A stretch of DNA of 64,000 bases from an uncultured Eubacteriales bacterium (GTDB lineage: Bacteria; Actinomycetota; Coriobacteriia; Anaerosomatales; JAAXUF01). How positions within the stretch are numbered: position 1 is the stretch's first letter; each line of letters opens with the position of its first letter. The stretch covers positions 10,007-74,006 of the forward strand of contig CAZIPN010000003.1 in assembly GCA_964541225.1 (NCBI GenBank), written 5' to 3'. The notes under the pieces were generated by a model. The model saw nothing but the letters and a program-made list of their open reading frames with translations, was not told the origin of the DNA and did no database searches. Shown here piece by piece: positions 43,698 through 52,957 of the stretch. Made by a program: the position numbers and the translations under genes.

Positions 43698-44082
43698 CGC
43701 CAGCCCCGACGCGCTTGATAAGGCGCAGGTGCGCGCCCGACTCATCATTCGCGAACTCGTAAAAATCACACACGGACTCAAGGATGAAGGTCGCGTACGC
43801 CGCGCGGCGCTCCGCCTCCTCATCCGAACTGAGATCCTGCTCGCCCACAGGAACGACGATCACGACCTCCTTGTCAGTGAGCGTGAAATCGAAGCAGACC
43901 TGAGCATCGTCGGAAAGCGTGTCCACGGCATAGACAAACGCCTCTTCAGCAGCCATGCGGATGTCATCGACTTCGTCATACGTCATGCCCATGCGACTCA
44001 CCAACGCGGCCGCTGTCATGCGAACCGTCTTCGCAAACTCTCCTCGTGCGGGAACGCAGAGTGTGATTCGGTCTGATGCCAT
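43681..44082 (-). CDS. RsbW/SpoIIAB-like anti-sigma factor with degenerate kinase motifs
   Basis: ITLCVPARGEFAKTVRMTAAALVSRMGMTYDEVDDIRMAAEEAFVYAV parallels B. subtilis RsbW [48 protein letters not shown]. The N-box Asn is Tyr here, and the Gly-rich G1/G2 boxes are absent. It lies immediately upstream of the sigma gene, overlapping it by 17 nt. Confidence 0.55.
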   Translation of the reverse strand: MASDRITLCVPARGEFAKTVRMTAAALVSRMGMTYDEVDDIRMAAEEAFVYAVDTLSDDAQVCFDFTLTDKEVVIVVPVGEQDLSSDEEAERRAAYATFILESVCDFYEFANDESGAHLRLIKRVGAGDGNQE

Positions 44083-44101
44083 GGCCTTGTCGAGCTCCTC
44101 C

Positions 44102-44557
44102 TTAGGTCGACGACGTCTCGTCGGCGTCGTCTTGAGCGGGTGCAGTATCCGTCGGCACCACTGACGGCGATTCCGATTCCTCGGCATCAGGAGCGGTCGA
44201 CTCGGCCTGCCGACGCTTCCACGCGCGTCGAACCCGATCGGCAATATCGGTCACAATCTCGGCTGGCGCGTTGGCCACCCCTTGCACGGTGCGTGTCGTG
44301 CTCTCAACCCGGTCTGTGATCTCCTCGATCCTGGAGACGATCGCATCTGCTCTCAGCAGCTCGGCGTTCACGGCATCAATGGTGACGTCGGCCTTCTCCA
44401 GCAAGGGCACGACTTGAGCGTCCAGATGCTGCGCAAGCGTCTTGAGCGAGCGTGACGCTCTGGCAGCTTCCACGGCAGCCCACACGCCTGCGATGCATAG
44501 AACACTTGCCACAATGAGAAGCACGGTGAGCAGGATGCCGCTCGTATCCACGCACAC
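44102..44557 (-). CDS. DUF948-like membrane-anchored coiled-coil protein
   Basis: An N-terminal TM helix is followed by a long helical region (AVEAARASRSLKTLAQHLDAQVVPLLEKADVTIDAVNAEL...), matching the DUF948 pattern. Confidence 0.55.
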   Translation of the reverse strand: MCVDTSGILLTVLLIVASVLCIAGVWAAVEAARASRSLKTLAQHLDAQVVPLLEKADVTIDAVNAELLRADAIVSRIEEITDRVESTTRTVQGVANAPAEIVTDIADRVRRAWKRRQAESTAPDAEESESPSVVPTDTAPAQDDADETSST

Positions 44558-44627
44558 CTCCAGCGCCAGTCGGGGACCAGGTCAGTGTAGCAGAGCAGAG
44601 CCGTCCCAAAGCCCCAAATGGCGCAGC

Positions 44628-45992
44628 CTACGAGGCTGATGGCTCACCACTCGAGGCTTCGTCCGAATCGCTCTCATCACTCCCCGACCGCCGACGGCGC
44701 AACGCGTCCAATATCCCCTGGCGATCGGCCTCCCAGCCCCTCGGCGACGAGCGGAAGAACGCTCCAGCCTCAAGACCCTGCGGCAAGTAGCGCTGTTCCA
44801 CGAACGCGTCGTCATCGCTGTGAGGATAGTGGTATGGGCCGTAGGCGTCACTACCCGGCCGATGGCGATCCCTGAGATGGCTCGGCACCACGCCTGCCGG
44901 ACCATCGCGCACCTCAGCAAGCGCCGCGTCGATTGCCGACACGGCCGCATTGCTCTTCGGGGCAAGCGCCATGTAGATCGCGGCCTGCGCGAGGTTGATT
45001 CGGCATTCCGGCCAGCCGATCGACTCGGCGGCTTTGAATGCGGCGTGTGCCACGAGCAGCGCCTGCGGATCGGCGTTGCCAATGTCCTCGGACGCCAGAA
45101 TGAGAATGCGTCTCGCAATGAACTTGGGATCCTCGCCGCCGTGAACCATGCGGGCGAGCCAGTAGACCGCGGCATCGGGGTCGCTACCTCGCATCGACTT
45201 GATGAACGCCGAGACGACATCGTAGTGGACGTCACCCCGCTTGTCGTACGGCAGCATGCGATCAGGTGTGGCGCGCTGAACCGCATCGTGCGTGATGAGA
45301 CCCGGCTCCCCTTCCGCCTGCACGAAAGCAGCCGCGAGTTCAAGCGTGGTCAGCGCAACTCGCGCATCCCCACCGGCCGAAACCACGATCGCTTCCTCGG
45401 CATCCGGCGCGACTTTTATGGCCCCACCGAAGCCGCGCTCATCGATGAGAGCTCTCTGCACGATGATGCGAACGTCCTCGTCGCTCAGGGGCTGCAGCTC
45501 AACGACGCGGGAGCGGCTGATCAGAGGCGAGTTCACTTCGAAATAGGGGTTCTCAGTGGTCGCGCCGACAAGCACGACCGTGCGATCTTCCACAGCGTGC
45601 AGAAGGGCATCTTGCTGCGACTTGCTGAACCGATGTATCTCATCCACGAACAGGATCGTTCGTTGACCCGAGTACCCGAGTCTCTCACCGGCAGCATCGA
45701 TCACCTTGCGCAAGTCAGCGACCCCGCTGCTCACAGCCGAGACCTCTTCGAAGTACGCCTTCGTTGCGGCGGCAACGATTCGCGCAAGAGACGTCTTGCC
45801 CGTGCCCGCCGGCCCGTACAGGATCACCGAAGAAAGGGCGTCAGCTTCAATCGCCGAGCGCAGCCAGGTTCCTTGGCCAACCGCCGCACCCTGGCCGACA
45901 AACTCGTCGAGCGATCTGGGACGCATGCGAACAGCGAGCGGCGCGAATCGATCCCGAGCCTGCTTGGCGCTATCGTCAAAGAGTGATGGCAC
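44628..45992 (-). CDS. rarA: Replication-associated recombination protein A (AAA+ ATPase)
   Basis: PLAVRMRP.SLDEFVGQ, Walker A GPAGTGKT, Walker B FVDEIHRF, and a MgsA C-terminal domain (HYD..SAFIKS.RGSDPDAA.YWLARM). Confidence 0.9.
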   Translation of the reverse strand: MPSLFDDSAKQARDRFAPLAVRMRPRSLDEFVGQGAAVGQGTWLRSAIEADALSSVILYGPAGTGKTSLARIVAAATKAYFEEVSAVSSGVADLRKVIDAAGERLGYSGQRTILFVDEIHRFSKSQQDALLHAVEDRTVVLVGATTENPYFEVNSPLISRSRVVELQPLSDEDVRIIVQRALIDERGFGGAIKVAPDAEEAIVVSAGGDARVALTTLELAAAFVQAEGEPGLITHDAVQRATPDRMLPYDKRGDVHYDVVSAFIKSMRGSDPDAAVYWLARMVHGGEDPKFIARRILILASEDIGNADPQALLVAHAAFKAAESIGWPECRINLAQAAIYMALAPKSNAAVSAIDAALAEVRDGPAGVVPSHLRDRHRPGSDAYGPYHYPHSDDDAFVEQRYLPQGLEAGAFFRSSPRGWEADRQGILDALRRRRSGSDESDSDEASSGEPSAS

Positions 45993-46007
45993 CGGCCCTC
46001 GCGCCGA

Positions 46008-46601
46008 CTAGCGCGCAGCCCTTTGAACCTCGCGCTCAAGAAACGCGTAGTCAATCAGGCCGTGGTGCTTGTAGATGATGTATCCCTGGCCATCAGTGAG
46101 CACGATGAACGGAGTGAACGTGACCCGTATCGCCGGGTCGCGGGCAAGCTCCACTGCGGCAACCGCCGAGGCGTTCTTCGCGAACTCGGGACTGATCGAC
46201 ACGCTACCGTCTGCGTTCACTGTTGCGTACTTGCCGATGTCGTAGGACGCCAGATCCACCAGTCCGCGATTCTCGGCGCGAACCGCGTCAATGACGATGC
46301 GCACTTCTTTGCTCGTCTGCTGTGTGGAGTCGTAGAAGTAGATCAGCGTCGGCTGCTTGTCGACAGTTACCTTCTGCTTCAGGTCAGCAGGAATGGCGCT
46401 CCCTGTTGGAAATGGCGTGAAGGTCGAGCTCTCGTTCACCGAGCGATCATCGATGGCAGGCAGCGACGTAGAACCCGATCCGCTGGACGGAGCTGCCGAG
46501 GTGCTGCCGGTGGTCGTGCTGGTCGTTGCGGATCCGCCCCCGCACCCACCCAACGACAGCGCGAAAACGAGTGCGATTCCTGCTACGACGAGTCTGCGCA
46601 T
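46008..46601 (-). CDS. Hypothetical lipoprotein
   Basis: MRRLVVAGIALVFALSLGGC contains a lipobox (LSLGG|C). ATG at 46601 has GGAGGAAG upstream. I recognise no family. A thioredoxin-like fold is possible but no CxxC is present. Confidence 0.55.
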   Translation of the reverse strand: MRRLVVAGIALVFALSLGGCGGGSATTSTTTGSTSAAPSSGSGSTSLPAIDDRSVNESSTFTPFPTGSAIPADLKQKVTVDKQPTLIYFYDSTQQTSKEVRIVIDAVRAENRGLVDLASYDIGKYATVNADGSVSISPEFAKNASAVAAVELARDPAIRVTFTPFIVLTDGQGYIIYKHHGLIDYAFLEREVQRAAR

Positions 46602-46854
46602 GCTGCTTCCTCCACTGCTACGATGTGCGCTCCGCCTTGTCGTCACTCGGCATGGTGAACCCGCCTCAGCAGGTGGGTGCCCTCACGTCGGCTTCGAGCT
46701 TCCCTTTGACAGGGATACCTTTCCGCCTGGCAGATCTGGAGCTCCCGTTTAAGAAGTGTTGGTTCGACCGTTAGCGCCGAGTAACGACAAGGCGAAGCAT
46801 GTCTAGAGTGTAACTCCGCTCACGAGCAGCGCCAATACACTTTCGCCATGCCAC

Positions 46855-48624
46855 TCAATCGACGCGAACGTGCGCGTCCTTTAGTTGTCGCCCAGATACC
46901 GAGTCCGGGGCACCCGTCATTGGGTCGCCGCCTGACGACGTCTTGGGAAACGCAATCACGTCGCGAATGGAGCCAGCGCCCGCCAGCAGCATGACGAGAC
47001 GATCGAGACCCAAAGCGATCCCGCCATGCGGAGGAGCTCCAAACGACAGCGCCTCGAGCAGGAAGCCGAACTTCTCGCGCGCCTCCTCCTCACCCATGCC
47101 CATCAGGCGAAACACCCGCATCTGAAGCTCCGGCGTCGGGATACGCAGCGTTCCTCCACCGATCTCATAGCCGTTCATCACGAGGTCGTAGCTGTAGCCA
47201 CGTGCACTACCCGGCGCGGACTCGAGCGCGTCGACGTCCTCGGCGTAGGGCAGCATGAAGGGGTTGTGACTGGCGTCCCAGCGCTCGCTCTCCTCGTCCC
47301 ACTTGAAGAGCGGGAAGCCGAGTACCCACAGGGTATCGAAGCCCGTGCGCTCGATGCCGAGTTCGTCGGCAAGTGTGAGCCGCAGCACACCAAGCACTTC
47401 GTTGGCGACCTCGCGTTTGTCGGCGACCATGCAGACGAGGTCACCCGGTTCGACGCTCGCTGCCTCGCGCAGCGCGGTCATCTCGGCGTCGGTGAAGAAC
47501 TTCGCGACGGGGCTCTTGATCTCGCCGTCGCCCGTGAACGCCACCCACGCCAGGCCTTTGGCGCCAGCATCGATTGCTGCCTGATTGAGCGCATCAATCC
47601 GCCCGCGACTCCAGTCGCCCGCTCCCTTGGCGTTGATCGCCTTGACGGCGCCTCCGCTGGACAAGGCCCCGGCGAACACCTTGAACTCGCTTGCCGAGAA
47701 CACCGCCGAGACATCCACGAGCTCAAGACCAAAGCGCGTGTCTGGCCGATCGCTGCCAAAGCGCTCCATGGCCTCGTGATAGCTGATTCGCGGAAGCGGA
47801 ACCTGCAGATCGTGACCCGCCTGCGCCATGACCTCGCGCATGACGTCTTCCATCATCGCGAGCACATCGTCCTGGTCGACGAAGGACATCTCGATGTCGA
47901 CCTGCGTGAACTCGGGCTGGCGGTCGGCACGCAGATCCTCGTCGCGAAAGCAGCGCGCGATCTGGTAGTAGCGCTCAACACCGGCGACCATCAGCAACTG
48001 CTTGAAGAGCTGCGGCGACTGAGGCAGCGCGTAGAACTTCCCGGCGTTGAGGCGGCTCGGCACGATGAAGTCACGCGCGCCTTCCGGTGTGGACTTCGTG
48101 AGGATGGGCGTCTCAACTTCGAGAAAGCCCCGGTGCTCGAGCGACTTGCGAAACCGCTGTGTGACGCTGTCGCGCAGCACCAGCGCCGAGAGGACCTCGG
48201 GGCGCCGGATGTCGAGATAGCGCCAGCGAAGGCGCGTGAGCTCGTCGGTGTCGATCCCGGCTTCGATCTCAAACGGCGGCGTCTCGGCTCGGTTCAGTAC
48301 TTCGGCGGCGCTCACCACGATCTCAACCTCGCCGGTGGCCATGTTCGGATTGGCCGTGCCCTCGGGACGACGCCGCACGATCCCGACGAACTTGACCACC
48401 CACTCGGGGCGAATCGTCTCGGCAATCGCGAACGCTGCCTGCGCGGACTCCGGATCGAACGTGGATTGCACCACGCCAGTCCGATCGCGCACGTCAACGA
48501 AGATGAGTCCTCCGTGATCGCGACGCTTCGACACCCAGCCCGCGATCGTGACCTCCTGGCCGATGTCGTCGGCAGTCAGAGAACCGCACGTGTGAGATCG
48601 CATCGAGTAGCGGGCGTCGAGCAT
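46855..48624 (-). CDS. aspS: Aspartate--tRNA ligase
   Basis: 589 aa, canonical bacterial AspRS (MRSHTCG.L, class II motifs FRDEDLRADRQPEFTQ and GGIALGLDRL). The start is M1 (48624, GAGGA upstream) or M8 (48603). Confidence 0.97.
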   Translation of the reverse strand: MLDARYSMRSHTCGSLTADDIGQEVTIAGWVSKRRDHGGLIFVDVRDRTGVVQSTFDPESAQAAFAIAETIRPEWVVKFVGIVRRRPEGTANPNMATGEVEIVVSAAEVLNRAETPPFEIEAGIDTDELTRLRWRYLDIRRPEVLSALVLRDSVTQRFRKSLEHRGFLEVETPILTKSTPEGARDFIVPSRLNAGKFYALPQSPQLFKQLLMVAGVERYYQIARCFRDEDLRADRQPEFTQVDIEMSFVDQDDVLAMMEDVMREVMAQAGHDLQVPLPRISYHEAMERFGSDRPDTRFGLELVDVSAVFSASEFKVFAGALSSGGAVKAINAKGAGDWSRGRIDALNQAAIDAGAKGLAWVAFTGDGEIKSPVAKFFTDAEMTALREAASVEPGDLVCMVADKREVANEVLGVLRLTLADELGIERTGFDTLWVLGFPLFKWDEESERWDASHNPFMLPYAEDVDALESAPGSARGYSYDLVMNGYEIGGGTLRIPTPELQMRVFRLMGMGEEEAREKFGFLLEALSFGAPPHGGIALGLDRLVMLLAGAGSIRDVIAFPKTSSGGDPMTGAPDSVSGRQLKDAHVRVD

Positions 48625-48803
48625 CAGAAGTCCTCGTCGATCGAAGGCGGATTGGCTTCGCAGAGTATACGCGAACAGCCCGACTGCGGCTGGCCACTCT
48701 CCTCAGCGCAGACGCCTGGTCTCGCGAGACGTCATCCCCGACCTGCCGAACGTCCCCGGCCTGGCTGCAGCCGCACAAGCAAGCGCGCGCGAAGAGCAGC
48801 GCT

Positions 48804-50114
48804 CTACCTGCCGAGAACCTGCCGGATCTTGGCAACCGCCTCGCCAAGCGACACGCGCGCTTCGGCCTTGGTGACCATGTCGCGCAGCGTCGCCTCCCCT
48901 GCCGCATACTCGTCGGGCCCGATCACAAGCACCAGTCGGGCGCCCAACTTGTCGGCCTGCTTGAACTGCGACTTCAGCGTTCGTCCCTGATGATCGATCT
49001 CGGCGGCGATACCGGCATCTCGCAACTCGGCAGTGAGCTTGAAGGCGGCTGCCGCAAGCTGGATCGCCGCACTCGGATCGCCCACCGCCCGATCATCTAC
49101 GCGCGCAACGTAGACGTCCGCTCGCGAGGGCAGCTCCGGCTCGGCCCCGGCAGCTTCCATCGCCAGAAGCGTACGCTCGAACCCGAGCGCGAATCCGAGC
49201 CCCGGTGTGGCCGGTCCGCCGTACTCCTGCATCAAGCGGTCGTAGCGCCCACCGCCGCCGATGGCGTTCTGACTGCCGAGTCCCGCGTCGACCTGCACCT
49301 CAAAGACGGTGCGCGTGTAGTAGTCGAGTCCGCGCACAAGCGAAGGGTCCTCCACGTAGGGCAGCCCAAGATCGTCCAAGTGGACCTTGACCGCCGAGTA
49401 GTGCTCGGCGCATTCGTCGCACAGCTCATCGCGAAGAAGCGGTGCGCCCGCCATCACCTCTCGGCAACCCGGCCTCTTGCAGTCGAACGCACGCAGAGGG
49501 TTGGTATCGGCTCGACGATTGCACTCGTCGCATAGCGATTCGGAGTGCGCGTGGATGTAGGCTGCGACCTTGTCGCGATACGCAGGACGACACCTCTCGT
49601 CGCCCATCGAGTTCAGGAGCAGCCGCATGGAATCGGCCGGGATTCCGCACGCCTCGAAGAAGCGCCATAGAAGCGCGATCATCTCGGCATCCGCGCTTGG
49701 CTCGGCCGCGCCGAGAAGCTCAGCGCCGATCTGCCAGAACTGGCGCATCCGACCCTTCTGGGGCCGTTCGTAGCGAAACATCGGACCCGCGTAGTAGAGC
49801 TTGGCGACTGCACCATTGGCGGCCAGGCTGTGCTCGAGCGCAGCGCGAACGACGCTTGCGGTCCCTTCGGGTCGCAGCGTGAGCGAGCGCCCGGCTTTGT
49901 CCTCGAAGGTGTACATCTCCTTGGAAACGATGTCGGTCGCCTCGCCGATGCCGCGCGTGAATACCTCGGTGTGCTCGAAGAGCGGCGTGTAGATGGGCTG
50001 GTATCCGTATCGCCCGAAGAGCTCCGCAGCTGTGCGCAACAGGTGCTCCCACACCAACGCTGTTGCGGGAAGCATGTCTGCGGTGCCTTTGGGAGCGCGG
50101 GCATCGAAACTCAC
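48804..50114 (-). CDS. hisS: Histidine--tRNA ligase
   Basis: APKGTADMLP, the YAGPMFRYERPQKGR motif and GGGRYD are present. The start is set at the GTG at 50114 (VSFDARAPKGT). The track start at 50243 would overlap the cytochrome gene. Confidence 0.9.
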   Translation of the reverse strand: MSFDARAPKGTADMLPATALVWEHLLRTAAELFGRYGYQPIYTPLFEHTEVFTRGIGEATDIVSKEMYTFEDKAGRSLTLRPEGTASVVRAALEHSLAANGAVAKLYYAGPMFRYERPQKGRMRQFWQIGAELLGAAEPSADAEMIALLWRFFEACGIPADSMRLLLNSMGDERCRPAYRDKVAAYIHAHSESLCDECNRRADTNPLRAFDCKRPGCREVMAGAPLLRDELCDECAEHYSAVKVHLDDLGLPYVEDPSLVRGLDYYTRTVFEVQVDAGLGSQNAIGGGGRYDRLMQEYGGPATPGLGFALGFERTLLAMEAAGAEPELPSRADVYVARVDDRAVGDPSAAIQLAAAAFKLTAELRDAGIAAEIDHQGRTLKSQFKQADKLGARLVLVIGPDEYAAGEATLRDMVTKAEARVSLGEAVAKIRQVLGR

Positions 50115-50194
50115 GGAGTGTGGCCTTTCGGGAGTTGTTCTGGCAGGGCGCCAGTGTACCGCGAGGCAGGCGGGCACGGCGAGCAGACCGCGAG

Positions 50195-52879
50195 TCAGTA
50201 CCACCAGGTGTACGTCTGCCCAGCGACGCTTGGTGTGATCCACATGCCGTAGGCACTGGCCTTCTCAACCACGTTGCCACCCGCGTCGTCAAGTTCACGT
50301 GAGTCGCACCACACCTGATACTGCTGCCCTATCGGAACGCGCACGTTCCAGTCGACAGCTCCCGGCGTGTCGCCGGCAAGGCTCGTGCTCGCGATCGACG
50401 CGCCGCTGGAGTCCAGGACGCTGAGTTGAGCCTTGGCTAGGCCCGTGGGCTCCCAGCGAAACGCGAGCGTGGCTTCAGTGTCCGCAGCCACTGTGAAGGT
50501 CGCGGTTTCGATCTGCTCGATGTTGCCCGCATTGTCTACCGACCAATACTCAAGCGTGTGCGTTGTCGCAGAGCTCACCGGCGGGGGCACCACCACGCTC
50601 GTGCTTTCGAGCGCCGCAGCGCCATCAAGCCGATAGTACGTCGCATTCACACCCGATCCGCCCGGGTTGTCCACTGCGACAAACGCGATGGTCGCCGTGC
50701 CAACATACGAGCTGAGCGCGTCGGTGACGGTGCTCGGCGCGGTCGCGTCCACTCCGGTGAGCATGCTCGCGGGCTGCACGACGGCACTGCCTGCGGTCGC
50801 GATCTGAGCATGGGGATCCCCGCCGCCATGGCAGTCCGTGCAGTCCTTCGTGGTGGGAACGCCGTCCGCATGGCACACGGCGCAGCTTGTGCGGACCGTG
50901 CTGGTGCTCTCGCTCGCGAGGACCACCTGTGCGGTTGATGTCGCGTCCACGTGCATGGACGCCAGGTCGCCCGAATGGCAGCCCGAGCCGCTCGTGCAAC
51001 TTGAGTTGTCGCCGAGGGGCGTGTGTGCCACGTCGATGTTGGCGTGCATCGGCGAAGTCGACGTCAGCGTGTGGCATCCAGCCTGCGCGCATGTGGTCGG
51101 ATCAAGTGCCGTCACTGTGTCGGCTGGCGACGGGTGGCACTCCGCACACCCGGCATCCGCTCCGGCTGAGCTGGACTTCGCATGCTCCGTAGCAAGATCC
51201 ACTGCGTGGCAGTCTGCACACGAATACGGACCATAGGTGGTCCCGTCGATGGATAGGGTGCTCGACAAGGGACTGAGTGTGTGGTCCGGTCCGGAGTATG
51301 AGTCGGCAGGATTGTGGACGTTGTGTCCGCCCGCGTCGTAGCTGTCACCATGACACGCGTAGCATGAGGTCGCGTCGCCCTTCTCGTGGCCAATCGTCGC
51401 CGATAGCTTCAGCGCACCTCCGCTTCTCGAAATCCCTTCGACCGTCGCGGTCGCCGACACGGGAGTGTAGGTCGTGTCTGTGCTGCTCCACCCCTCGCCG
51501 GTGTCAGCCGTCGTATGGCATGTCAGACAGAACTCGCGAACTCCCGCATCCGTGCTGGTTTCCAAGCTCGCACCGAGCTCATCTGAAAGCATCGAGCTGT
51601 TTGCGCGAGTCGAACCATGTGGGTTGTGGCAGTCGTAGCACGGCAGCGGAGAGCCGACCGGCAGAGTCCCCCCCGCAGTGACGATCCGGTGGCCTGCCGA
51701 GCTATCGGCTCCCGTGGCGAAGCGCTTGATATCGACGGTGGGGGTCGCGAACCCACTCGGCGTGACACCGCCGTGACACGCGAAACAGGAAGCAGCGTAC
51801 GTACCGTCGGCCTGATCGGACGCGAGTGTCGATGGGGTTGGCGGACGGTAGGCCGCCTTCAAGCCGTCGTACTTGTTGGGCCCGCGGTGCGCCGCATGAC
51901 AGTACAAGCAGTCACCCTCGGCACGCTTGACCGAAGCACCTGTCTCAACCGTCTGAGTCGATTCCGGGATCAGGCGATGTGCATTCGATGTGCTGGCATA
52001 GGCGTCTGGTCCGAGCCACGTCCCAGACACCGGATATCCGCTCGCATCACGCGACGGAGCGTCAGCGGAGGGGTAGTCGCTGCCGAACGCAGTGTTGGTG
52101 GCATCGTGGCAGGTTTCGCACCAGGCGGGGCCTGCCGCCGAGACAGTTGCGCTGCTGACATAGGCGGCCGACAGCATCGGGTTGTCGGCAGCTGAACCGT
52201 GCACCTGATGGCAGCTCGCGCAATCTTGGATAGATGACCCGGTGGTGCGCGACTCATCCATCGAGTGCCCGCTCGACAACCCGAAGGAGTCCACTGTGCC
52301 GGTCATGACATTTGCGGCGCCCCAAACCTTGCCGTCGTGGCAACCACGACACAGCGCGGTCGGATCGGGACTGCTTGATGAAAGCTCCGGCCTTCCAAGC
52401 ATCACCGTCGAACCATCGTGGGAAGTGTGGCACTCGACGCACACCGTCGAGTCCTTGCTCTCGTCAACGTGTGGCGTCGCTCCCCAGCTTGAGGTCACGG
52501 GACCACACTGCGCATAGGCGGTTTGATGCCCGTCCGCCAAGACGGCGGTCACGCGGAAGTGGTAGGCCATGCCGGCCAGGCCATCTACGAAATCGTAGTG
52601 GGTCACATTGGAAAGGCCAACGTAGCGATACGGTCCCTCGACGCTTGTCGCCTCGAAGATGAAGTAGCCCTTCGGCGAGACACCGCTCGGCTTGGTCCAG
52701 GACAGCGAGGCGATGATCGGTTGTGTTCCCTGGGTGGCAACCAAGTCGGACGGAGCATCCCCGTTCGCGGCAAAGACGAGTTTCGGTACGGCAAGAGCGG
52801 CGAGTGCGACAACGCATGCGGCCGCTGCCACAAGAGTTCTACGTGCGCCGATTCTCACGTTTGCGATCCGTCGGACCAA
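50195..52879 (-). CDS. Secreted multihaem c-type cytochrome with FN3-like N-terminal and Ig-like C-terminal modules
   Basis: 894 aa. Signal/anchor is RRTLVAAAACVVALAALAVPKLVFA. An FN3-like block follows (LSWTKPSGVSPKGYFIFEATSVEGPYRYVG...YHFRVTAV). There are 13 CxxCH motifs (CVECH, CRGCH, CASCH, CETCH, CLYCH, CFACH, CYDCH, CLTCH, CYACH, CADCH, CAECH, CAVCH, CTDCH), plus CAQAGCH and CTSGSGCH. The C-terminal module contains GSGVNATYYRLDG...HTLEYWSVDNAGNIE. TTG start has a GGGAGAGGG RBS. Confidence 0.85.
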   Translation of the reverse strand: MVRRIANVRIGARRTLVAAAACVVALAALAVPKLVFAANGDAPSDLVATQGTQPIIASLSWTKPSGVSPKGYFIFEATSVEGPYRYVGLSNVTHYDFVDGLAGMAYHFRVTAVLADGHQTAYAQCGPVTSSWGATPHVDESKDSTVCVECHTSHDGSTVMLGRPELSSSSPDPTALCRGCHDGKVWGAANVMTGTVDSFGLSSGHSMDESRTTGSSIQDCASCHQVHGSAADNPMLSAAYVSSATVSAAGPAWCETCHDATNTAFGSDYPSADAPSRDASGYPVSGTWLGPDAYASTSNAHRLIPESTQTVETGASVKRAEGDCLYCHAAHRGPNKYDGLKAAYRPPTPSTLASDQADGTYAASCFACHGGVTPSGFATPTVDIKRFATGADSSAGHRIVTAGGTLPVGSPLPCYDCHNPHGSTRANSSMLSDELGASLETSTDAGVREFCLTCHTTADTGEGWSSTDTTYTPVSATATVEGISRSGGALKLSATIGHEKGDATSCYACHGDSYDAGGHNVHNPADSYSGPDHTLSPLSSTLSIDGTTYGPYSCADCHAVDLATEHAKSSSAGADAGCAECHPSPADTVTALDPTTCAQAGCHTLTSTSPMHANIDVAHTPLGDNSSCTSGSGCHSGDLASMHVDATSTAQVVLASESTSTVRTSCAVCHADGVPTTKDCTDCHGGGDPHAQIATAGSAVVQPASMLTGVDATAPSTVTDALSSYVGTATIAFVAVDNPGGSGVNATYYRLDGAAALESTSVVVPPPVSSATTHTLEYWSVDNAGNIEQIETATFTVAADTEATLAFRWEPTGLAKAQLSVLDSSGASIASTSLAGDTPGAVDWNVRVPIGQQYQVWCDSRELDDAGGNVVEKASAYGMWITPSVAGQTYTWWY

Positions 52880-52957
52880 GCGTTGCCCTCTCCCATGTGC
52901 TCCCGACGCGACGTCTGCCAGAAGTTCTTGTGCGATGCCGGCCAGGGAAAAGACCCT

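Noticed and set aside
48625-48803. Possible T-box leader or promoter upstream of aspS. GAGTGGCCAGCCGCAG vaguely recalls the T-box GGGTGGTACCGCG, and TATACT lies at 48664..48669.
   Set aside because: The match to the T-box consensus is poor, with a 2-nt insertion and several mismatches. No specifier-loop or antiterminator architecture is discernible in only 179 nt. I keep only the possibility of an unverified -10 element.
47026-48990. 654-aa plus-strand ORF.
   Set aside because: It is antisense to aspS and the hisS 3' end. It has no motifs and crosses an intergenic region that belongs to the minus-strand genes.
50115-50194. CTGGC-agggc-GCCAG hairpin between the cytochrome gene and hisS as a possible terminator.
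   Set aside because: It has a 5-bp stem and no U-tract, so it is too weak to call.
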